Shown here piece by piece: positions 56,439 through 64,000 of a DNA stretch of 64,000 bases (positions are counted from its first letter, which is position 1; each line of letters begins with the position of its first letter). This stretch comes from Prasinococcaceae sp. CCMP 1430 (Eukaryota > Plantae > Prasinodermophyta). Under the pieces are notes generated by a model that saw only the letters and a program-made list of their open reading frames with translations, ran no database searches and had not been told where the DNA came from. A program made the position numbers and the translations under genes. The stretch covers positions 286,603-350,602 of the forward strand of contig RQSC01000002.1 in assembly GCA_013416795.1 (NCBI GenBank), read 5' to 3'.

Positions 56439-57662
56439 ATGCGGGGTGTCGCGGCGGCGCGCGCTGCCGGGCGGGCTGCCGGCCGGCCAGTCGCGGGCGC
56501 GCGCGTGCGCGTGGCCTTCGACCGCGACGCCACGCTGCGCGCGTACGAGCCGCTTGCCGCGAGGGGCGCCCCGCTGTACTTTTCACCCGAGGCAGCGGCC
56601 GACGCAGCGGCGTGCGCCGCGGCCGAGGCTTACGGCGGCGCCGTGGTGGCGACGGACGAGGCAGGGTCAGTATTCGAGCTCGGGGCGCTCGCGGGCAGCG
56701 AAGCCGATGTGGGGGCCGCAGTGCAAGCGCTCGCATTGAATGGCTTCGACGCGAGTGAGGTCGCCGCCACGCACTCTCACGAGAATGGTGGCGGCGATTT
56801 CGTCACGCTGGTTGCGACGCCCAACGTGGACCAGCTCGCTCGCGTCGTGGGCGCACGCTCGGCGAGAGTAGCCGCCATGAAGGACGCGGCAAGGTATGCT
56901 AGCGAGGAAGCTGCGCGGGTGATGCCGGCGGAGGCGGCGCAGTCTCTATGGCACCCCTCTGGCGGCGTTGCGGTGATCAACGGCGCGCTGCCGCCGCACC
57001 ACGTCGCAGCGCTCGCAGCCGAGTCCGAGCATATCGTGCGCAGTGGCTTCCTCGCGCCGCCTGACGGCTCGTGGAATGCCGCGGGTGGCATCGGCGCTGC
57101 GGAAGGCACCAGCGCCTCACGCACTGACCTCATCGGATTCCTCAATGAGGAAGAGTGCATGCGCGAGGCAGAGCCCCCTCTCAAGGCCGTCGCCGCGGCC
57201 GTGTCCCTGATGAAAGGCGTCGTGCACCAGCTCAATGTCGCCGGGGGGCGCGCCATGCTCTGCAACTCGGCGCCGCAACTGGCCGCGTTTGCTCCGGGCG
57301 GTGCCTACGCGCGCCACCGCGACGTGCCTGGCGAGGCCGGCGTGACGGATGCCGTGACGGTGCTGCTGTACTGCAACGACGGCGGCGAGTGGCCCGACGC
57401 GGCCGGAGGGCATCTCCGGCTCCACGATCCCTTCGGCGGGGCGCCGACGGACGTGACACCCCGCGGAGGGACACTCGTGGCCTTCAGATCGCCGCTGATC
57501 GAGCACGAGGTTCTTCGATGCGCGGCACCGCGCCGCGCCCTGACGCTGTGGGCCCGCGAGGGCAGCCACGCTGACGTGCACTGGCACATGGCGCCTGGCG
57601 AGACGGCGGAGCAGGTCGAGGCGAGGGAGCGGCGCTCGGCGGCGCGCCGAGCTAGCGCATGA
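56439..57662 (+). CDS. 2OG-Fe(II) oxygenase, EGLN/prolyl-hydroxylase-like
   Basis: RTDLIGFL, Y.RHRD, VTVLLYCN, GGHLRL, P.GG.LV.F.S, HEV, RRALTLW (HxD...H...R). Confidence 0.85.
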   Translation: MRGVAAARAAGRAAGRPVAGARVRVAFDRDATLRAYEPLAARGAPLYFSPEAAADAAACAAAEAYGGAVVATDEAGSVFELGALAGSEADVGAAVQALALNGFDASEVAATHSHENGGGDFVTLVATPNVDQLARVVGARSARVAAMKDAARYASEEAARVMPAEAAQSLWHPSGGVAVINGALPPHHVAALAAESEHIVRSGFLAPPDGSWNAAGGIGAAEGTSASRTDLIGFLNEEECMREAEPPLKAVAAAVSLMKGVVHQLNVAGGRAMLCNSAPQLAAFAPGGAYARHRDVPGEAGVTDAVTVLLYCNDGGEWPDAAGGHLRLHDPFGGAPTDVTPRGGTLVAFRSPLIEHEVLRCAAPRRALTLWAREGSHADVHWHMAPGETAEQVEARERRSAARRASA

Positions 57663-57755
57663 GCGCGCAACTTGTTGTAAGACCCAATGTATCTTAATTC
57701 TATAGCGCCGCCACACTATGCTACGACCCTACAATCTACGACCTCACCCAACGCA

Positions 57756-60623
57756 TCACTTCTTGAAACGCGACAAATCGCCCGCCACGCTCAGAACTGC
57801 TGGGAGGAAAACCAAGCCGACGTACATCGACCCCGCGATCACGCACGCGTACGCGCGGAAGTAATACACCTCGAACAGGGGCGTCCTACTTCCCGCAAGC
57901 ACGACGACGCCGAGCAGCGTCGAAAAGCCGCCGCTAAACGTGCAGCTGCCCATGCGCTCGAGCACGGCGCGCGCCCGCGCGGCGCCGGTGGGGTGGCCCA
58001 TCGTTCCCTCCACCTCCCAGTCGAGAAGCATGTGGCACACGCCCTCAACAGCCAGGCCGATTGCAACTGCGACGTTCACCGCGCTCAGCGCGTTGAGCTG
58101 CACCCCCGCCGCGGGCTGAAGCCCCACTGCAGCCAGAGCAGCCAGCCCCGACGCGACGGACACCATTGCCGCCAAGCGCAGCGCCCTCATGAGGCGTTGC
58201 CCGAGCGCGCCACGCTGCGTGTTGCAGCCCTCAATCACAAGCACGCACACGAAGATGCCCAGCAGTGCCAGCCCCGCCATTACGCCCGAGTCCTTCTCCA
58301 CGGTCACGTACTGCTCGAAGTACGGGTAGTATATGGAGTATGGGTAGCAGCTACCGTTGGATGCGGTGGTGACGAGGTCAATCATGTCGTTCATGGCCTT
58401 TGCCCAGTCACGTGTGTCCCCGAGGCCAGTGTACTGCGTGATGATACGCCCCGCGCCCACCTCCAAGTGGGTGTCGCCGTTGGTGTCGGTGACGTTGTGC
58501 ACGAAGACGTCCGTCGAGTGCGCGCTGCCGCACGGGTTGGACCCCCCTCCTGGCGACTTTCCGCAGGGCGTCGCAAGGTACTCGACCAGCGCCGAAGCGT
58601 AGCGCTCCTCGGGGATGCGCCGGCGCCCCTCGGCGAACACCATCGGCTCGAGGCCATAGGTGAAGCCGAACCATTTTGTGACGTCTTCGTGCCAGTCAAT
58701 AAGCGGGGCCCCGATCCACTCGGACGCCTTCACAGCGCGGCTGACGTGCTCGATGGCCACCTGCGACGCGAACGAGCCGTCCACGAAGCCTCCCTCGTTC
58801 ACGATGTAGAGCGGCGGCCCGACGTCCTCGAAATACTCCTTCAGGTCCAGGAAGTAGCCAGAGAGCCTGCTCCCCCTAGGGACGGCGTCTTCGGGCTGCA
58901 GGCCGAGCTCAACCTCAGAAACGCCATACATGGCCGCACCAAAAATGCCGAGGGACGCAACGATGACGATGTACCGCCACGGAGAGCTCTCAACCCTTGG
59001 GTAGTACGCGTGCATCAACCCCTGGACCCAACCACCCTCCGACCCGTCCTCGTCGGCATCGCCTTCCTTTGAGGGAGGATCATCCTTAGAGCCCTTGAGG
59101 GCGACCGCATTCTCAGCATCCGATGCTGAGCTGGGCTCCTTTCTCGCCGGCGTGACCAGCGCGCAGGCTGCGAGCACCCCAACGATGGAAAAGAGGAAGT
59201 TCAGGGCGATTGCGACGGCAGCCTGCGAACAGAAGCTGCTGGCGGCTGGGAGCTTGGAGCTCGCGCCCACTGCGAACGCGGCGGCGTTGCACGCTGACGT
59301 CGTGAGAGTGGATGTTCCCACCCGGCGCCCCGCGACGCCGCAGCGCTCGGCCACAGTCGGCGCAGCAGCTGCCTCCCTGCAGTCGAAGCCGGCACTGACA
59401 AGCACGAACATGTCGTTGACGCCAACGGCGAGCAACACGAAAGGCAGCACCGCCGCCGTCAGCGGCGTCAAAAAGACGCCTGCCAGCGCGCACAAGCCGA
59501 GCGCAGACATGGTGGCCATCGCAGTGAGGGCCACGCCGGCCGCGCCGACCAGAGCGCGCAGCGGCGCCCCGCGCTTGGCCGTGCCCGCGCAGGCGTAAGC
59601 GAGCACAAGCAAGTACGACACGATCACGAAGACGGCGTCGGCCTTGGATGCCTCTTCCAACTCGTCCTCGAGGGAGCGCTCTGCTCTGTACTCGACAGCG
59701 ATCCCCGCGTCCTTCGTGGCGTCCTCGTTGGCGAACGCCTCCACCGTCGCCTCAAACGCCGTCTCCCAAAGCAACGCCGCCTCCTTTTCCCTCTCCGAGC
59801 GGTTGCCAACGTCCAGCAGGAAGGAGATCATGGCGGCCTTTGCGCTGGCGACGATTTCGTCCGCATACAGCTCTACGGACGGATACGGATTCGAGCGGTA
59901 CGTGATACCGCCGAGCACGTTCTTGCGCACCAGGCCTGCGCCAAGGGCCGACTTGGCGTACGGAAGGCTCACGGAGAACCCGAGGTCGCCGGAGCAGTAG
60001 CCATCCTTGCCAAAAACGTCTGAGTCGCGGTCGCAGTTGTTCCCCATGATGTTCTTGGCGACGTCGTCGTCCTCGCTCGGGCCATTCACCCCGCTCCAGT
60101 AGTCGAGCGCCGAGACCACTACGCAGCCCTCGCTCGTCGGTTTCAAGCACAGGTCGTCCATCGTGTACGCAGTGCCTTCCGCGTCGGTCACGCTGATGGA
60201 CTCGACCGCCCGCTGCATTCGGAGCATCGCGAGGAGCACGTCCTGCGTGAGCACACCAGGCGAGTCCTCGCCGCCACCCTCGACCTTGACGACGACGCTC
60301 GATACGCGGTAGAACGGAGAGAAGTCCGTTTCGAAGCGCGTCATCTCCTTGACGCGCAGCGACCCACGTGGCACCCACAGCTCGAGCGGGTCCGTCTCGA
60401 AGCGCGCGTCCGGAGCCGCCGCGAGGCCCGCCGCGGAGAGCACTGCCGTGACGGCCGCCAGCCCGAGCAGCGTGAGCGCAGGCCGGCGGCCAGCGTAGGC
60501 CGCCGCGTCGCCGAGCGCCCTGGCGATGCCGCTCGCATCGGGCCTGCTTCCTCTCACCGGCGCGACCGCCACCGCCACCGGCGCCGCCGGCTGCTTCTCG
60601 TTGGGCGGCATCACGACGGACAT
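57756..60623 (-). CDS. NPC1: NPC1/Patched-family sterol-sensing RND transporter lacking the NPC1 N-terminal domain
   Basis: ETDPLELWV, C...S.LDYW, ERSLEDEL, LPFVLLAVGVNDMF, GPPLYIV, YPYSIYYPYFEQY, LNALSAVN, GLVFLPAVLS; intronless. Confidence 0.85.
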   Translation of the reverse strand: MSVVMPPNEKQPAAPVAVAVAPVRGSRPDASGIARALGDAAAYAGRRPALTLLGLAAVTAVLSAAGLAAAPDARFETDPLELWVPRGSLRVKEMTRFETDFSPFYRVSSVVVKVEGGGEDSPGVLTQDVLLAMLRMQRAVESISVTDAEGTAYTMDDLCLKPTSEGCVVVSALDYWSGVNGPSEDDDVAKNIMGNNCDRDSDVFGKDGYCSGDLGFSVSLPYAKSALGAGLVRKNVLGGITYRSNPYPSVELYADEIVASAKAAMISFLLDVGNRSEREKEAALLWETAFEATVEAFANEDATKDAGIAVEYRAERSLEDELEEASKADAVFVIVSYLLVLAYACAGTAKRGAPLRALVGAAGVALTAMATMSALGLCALAGVFLTPLTAAVLPFVLLAVGVNDMFVLVSAGFDCREAAAAPTVAERCGVAGRRVGTSTLTTSACNAAAFAVGASSKLPAASSFCSQAAVAIALNFLFSIVGVLAACALVTPARKEPSSASDAENAVALKGSKDDPPSKEGDADEDGSEGGWVQGLMHAYYPRVESSPWRYIVIVASLGIFGAAMYGVSEVELGLQPEDAVPRGSRLSGYFLDLKEYFEDVGPPLYIVNEGGFVDGSFASQVAIEHVSRAVKASEWIGAPLIDWHEDVTKWFGFTYGLEPMVFAEGRRRIPEERYASALVEYLATPCGKSPGGGSNPCGSAHSTDVFVHNVTDTNGDTHLEVGAGRIITQYTGLGDTRDWAKAMNDMIDLVTTASNGSCYPYSIYYPYFEQYVTVEKDSGVMAGLALLGIFVCVLVIEGCNTQRGALGQRLMRALRLAAMVSVASGLAALAAVGLQPAAGVQLNALSAVNVAVAIGLAVEGVCHMLLDWEVEGTMGHPTGAARARAVLERMGSCTFSGGFSTLLGVVVLAGSRTPLFEVYYFRAYACVIAGSMYVGLVFLPAVLSVAGDLSRFKK

Positions 60624-61695
60624 GCGCAGGGGGGGACGCAGGGGGAGGGGGGGGGGATGCTCCCGCTGCCTGGTGCGGCCGCGCCCCTCTCCCCCTTCTC
60701 CCTCGCCGCGCCCGCACCCGCGCGTGGGATCCCACCTCCTTTGGCCCCTCCTTCTCTTCCCCCTTTCGCCCGCCGCGCGCCCGCGCGTCGCGCGAGCGCT
60801 CTGCCCCCCGCCGCGCGCGCCCCGGGCGCGCTGTGCGCGCGCGCCGCCCGCGTGGCGCGCGTCAGTGCGACACTGTTCCATTTCGATACCGCAGATCCGA
60901 CACGTTGACACCGCTCGTGATTCAGTTTTTCGTCTCGCGGGGAATTTCGTGGGTCAGTTCCGCGTCGCGTTCCCCCGCGCCGCGCCAGCTGCGGCATTCG
61001 GCCCGCCTCGACGAGGATCGCGCGGCGGCGGCGCGCCGCGCAGCCCCCGCCGCAGCAGGTTCACGCTCGGTCAGTTTCATGGGCGTCGCCTCACGCTCCT
61101 CCTCATCGGTCGGTCAGCAGGCCGATGGGCGCGGCGCGGTGCTGGTCGCCGGCCCGCGGCCGGGGCGCCGCCGGACGGGGACGGGACGGGGAGTCTCGCG
61201 CGCTGGGCTGCTGGGCGAACCGCAACCGCCGCGAGCTCTGTAAAACCCAAAAAAATCGCAGTGCTTTGCATGTCATTGAACATACACAATAGACCCTAAT
61301 ATGTACAACCCCTTACATGTTGTCCCCTGCGCTCGGGGAACCGCCGCCCATCGAAACGCACTGCCGAGCCGCGCGCGCTCGCGGGGCGCGCGCGCCGCCC
61401 CGCGCGTTCGCGCCGCGTTGCGGAAGGATTTCAATGCGAACGGATAGGAGGTGCTGCGGAACGGCGCGCGCGGGACCGCGGGTTTCAAAATGCGCGCGCG
61501 CGCGCCCGCGCGCTCGCCAACAGACAGAAAAGGGAGGAGGCGTGTGGGGGCGGGAGGGCGTGCAGGGAGGGGCGGGCCTGGCGCGCCAGAGCGCACGCGT
61601 GCGCGCGCGCGCGCGGCGCGGCCTCGGGGGGAAAGGGTGTGAGAGGGGTGTGTTAGGGGCTGGAGCCCTCCGGGAGGCGGGCGCGGCGCGGCGCG

Positions 61696-64000
61696 ATGGC
61701 GGCGGCGCGCAGGAGCCTCGAGCGCATGATGGAGAGGCTGGACGGCACTGGCGACGACTCGACCGACTTCAGCGACGCTCCCGATGGGACTGAGGCGGCG
61801 GAAGGGGAGGGCGCTGACGCGGCTGCGCCCGCGGCCGCGACGGCGGCGGGCGGGCGGAAGGTCGTCGGCGTTACGCTCGCCGCGCCGCTCACAGACGAGT
61901 CCGAGTCGCTCGACGCTGATGACTACGCCGACGCGCCGCACGGCGGAGCACCGCAGCGCAGCGACGCGGCCGCGCTGCTCTCTGCGGGTGCCTTCTCCGG
62001 GCTCGCCGGCAGCATGCCGAGGCGGCGTACGAGGCGGCCTTACCTTGACGTCACCGTCGAGACGCTGCCCGAGCTCCGCTCGCAGGTGCGCACGCTAGAG
62101 GAGCGGCTCGCCAAGATCTCCAACGAGAAGCGCCTCGGCGAGATCAGGCACGCCGCGGCGGTCGAGAGATACGAGCAGGAGGTGGCTGCGCTGCGCGATC
62201 AGGCGGAGGCCGACCTCAGTGACGTGCTGCGTAGGCAGGAGGAGGTCGAGGCGGCCGCGCCGCTGCTGGCGGAGCAGATGGAGGCGGCTAGGGACGAGCT
62301 GCGGAACTTCACCTTCGACGAAAAGAAATACGTGGCCGCGCGCCGCGCGGCCATCGGCAGCCGCACGCTGCGCGAAATGGTGGTGGTGGCCATCGGTGAC
62401 GCGCTGGCCGACGCCAGCAGCGAGGCGGACAAGGCATTCAAAGACGCGGAGGCCGCACGCGCCGAGAGTGCGAGCGTCATGAGCGAGCTCTCGACGCTCC
62501 GCCGTGACAACGTGCGGCTGTTGGCCGAGAACGAGCAGCTGCAGGAGGAGCTCGACACGGTGAACACGACGGCTGCCGCGCGGCTGGAGCGCCTGCAGAC
62601 CGACCTTCGCTCCTCATCCACGCGGGCGGAGGTACTGCACGCCAAGGGTCAGATGTTTGATGAGGAGAAGGCCGCGCGCGATGCCGCCGAGCACCGCGCC
62701 AGCGAGGCAGCTGCGGAGCTATCCTCAAAGGCAGCCTTGCTGGACACCGTCACAGATGAGCGAGATCGATACTGTCGCGAGGCGCGAGACCAGGCGCACA
62801 CGACCGAGCTGCTGACGCGCGACAAGGCGCATCTGGAGGGCGCGCTCAGCACGGAGCGGGAGCGCGCCGAACGCGCCGAGCGCGAGGCAGAGACGCTCGC
62901 CCAGCAACTGTCCGAGTCCAAGGCCAGCCGCGCCAAGTTGACGGAGCAGCTCATGGAGACTCGCTCCGACACCCAAAATGCATACGAGACGCGCCTGCAG
63001 GCGGAGCTCACGCGTCTCCAGTCGCAAGCGAAGAAGGACCTGGATGGTCTCACCACAGATGCAGCTGTCACGCATGAGCGCGAAACGCGCCTGCTCCGCG
63101 AGATGCGCGACGTGGCTGCGGCCGAGGCGGAGCGTGCGCGCGCCGACGCGCGCGAGGCTCGCGACGCCCACGAGGCGCTGCTCGGAAAGCACCGCGAGGC
63201 GATGACTGAGGCCGAGCGGCGGTCGACCGAGCTGTGGAGCGAGTTCAAGGTGGCGCGCTTCGAGCTCGATCGTGCCAAGGTCCTCGCTGAGGAGCAGGGC
63301 TCGCGCGCTCGCCAGGCGTCCTTGGAGGCAGAAAAGATGGGCGTTAAGCTGCGCGTGCTCACCGAGTCGTACCACGAGCTTGAGTCGAGCGCTGCCCGCA
63401 AGACAGCAGAGATGGAGGGCAACCTCAACGTTGTCCGCGAGCGCTTGCGCCACTACGAGGAGCTCGAGCGCGAGATTGACGACGCGGTGCTGTACCGCGC
63501 CAAGGACTCCGGAGAAGAGGAGGCCAACACGGAGATGCGGTGGCTGGAGAGCGTGGGCGGGACGATTCCCACGAGCATGCGTCGGCGCGTGCAGCAGTCG
63601 GTAGCCTTGGCTCGCCGCTGCCTGAAGCTTCAGACGGAGGGTGAGGCGCTTGAGGCGGAGCTCGCGAAGGAGCGCTCCACGGTGGCCGAGCTGACAGACA
63701 AAGTGACGACATTGGAGACCAAGTGGGCACGAGCGCAGCAGCCCGCATCCTACCTTGTGGCCTCTGTTCAGACCGCGGAGGCTGAGCTAACGGCTGCGCG
63801 CAGGCGCATCGAGATCCTCGAGACTGAGCTCTGCGATAAGCGCGAGCGCTGGCGGGCGACAGAGGATGCCAACACCTCGATGGCGAGCGATATGCAGCGC
63901 GTGCTGCAGGAGAGGGGCGCCATTGACGCCATGCGCAACCTGCTGGTGCCAGCTGCCGCGGCAGCGAAGGCGAATGCTGCTGCGAACCCCAGCACGACAG
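61696..64000 (+). CDS. PIBF1: PIBF1/CEP90 centriolar coiled-coil protein, 3'-partial (absent from the supplied ORF track because it runs off the window)
   Basis: YETRLQAELTRL...HERETRLLRE...KVARFELDR...KLRVLTESYHEL...YEELEREID...IPTSMRRRVQQSVALARR...QQPASYLV parallels PIBF1. Confidence 0.85.
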   Translation, partial: MAAARRSLERMMERLDGTGDDSTDFSDAPDGTEAAEGEGADAAAPAAATAAGGRKVVGVTLAAPLTDESESLDADDYADAPHGGAPQRSDAAALLSAGAFSGLAGSMPRRRTRRPYLDVTVETLPELRSQVRTLEERLAKISNEKRLGEIRHAAAVERYEQEVAALRDQAEADLSDVLRRQEEVEAAAPLLAEQMEAARDELRNFTFDEKKYVAARRAAIGSRTLREMVVVAIGDALADASSEADKAFKDAEAARAESASVMSELSTLRRDNVRLLAENEQLQEELDTVNTTAAARLERLQTDLRSSSTRAEVLHAKGQMFDEEKAARDAAEHRASEAAAELSSKAALLDTVTDERDRYCREARDQAHTTELLTRDKAHLEGALSTERERAERAEREAETLAQQLSESKASRAKLTEQLMETRSDTQNAYETRLQAELTRLQSQAKKDLDGLTTDAAVTHERETRLLREMRDVAAAEAERARADAREARDAHEALLGKHREAMTEAERRSTELWSEFKVARFELDRAKVLAEEQGSRARQASLEAEKMGVKLRVLTESYHELESSAARKTAEMEGNLNVVRERLRHYEELEREIDDAVLYRAKDSGEEEANTEMRWLESVGGTIPTSMRRRVQQSVALARRCLKLQTEGEALEAELAKERSTVAELTDKVTTLETKWARAQQPASYLVASVQTAEAELTAARRRIEILETELCDKRERWRATEDANTSMASDMQRVLQERGAIDAMRNLLVPAAAAAKANAAANPSTT

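Noticed and set aside
1-64000. tRNA, rRNA or transposase/retroelement genes
   Set aside because: No cloverleaf, rRNA tract, TIR/LTR or transposase/RT motif recognised

Overview
Compact, very GC-rich, intron-containing eukaryotic nuclear DNA, most likely a prasinophyte-grade green alga. This is inferred from the plastid biogenesis genes THF1 and CCB4, TGTAA poly(A) signals after many stops, and ~100-170 nt GT(G/A)CG...AG introns. The window holds about 30 genes, mostly housekeeping: poly(A) polymerase, TRM11, prefoldin 4, NAD(P) transhydrogenase, Pol X/lambda, RtcA, FIGL1, SCC4, trehalase, NLE1, WDR82, SR-beta, EEF1AKMT1, sterol C5-desaturase, CWC15, V-ATPase B, Obg, MPO1, NPC1-like and PIBF1. 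There are three N-gaps and four single-N junctions. The most notable item is a spliced gene fusing a Lys-rich N-terminus and two RRMs to a gamma-proteobacterial-type RsmH m4C rRNA methyltransferase. Other leads are a possible in-frame AP2-BRCT-PolX splice fusion, a candidate intronic C/D snoRNA in the unusually long CWC15 intron, and a ~128-bp tandem array built from the 3' end of the neighbouring zinc-finger gene. Three orphan gene fragments (CCT2, MORN, PHT4) abut other genes and may be assembly mis-joins. E2F-like sites cluster in the FIGL1/SCC4 bidirectional promoter. All assignments are from motif recognition by eye; no database searches were run.
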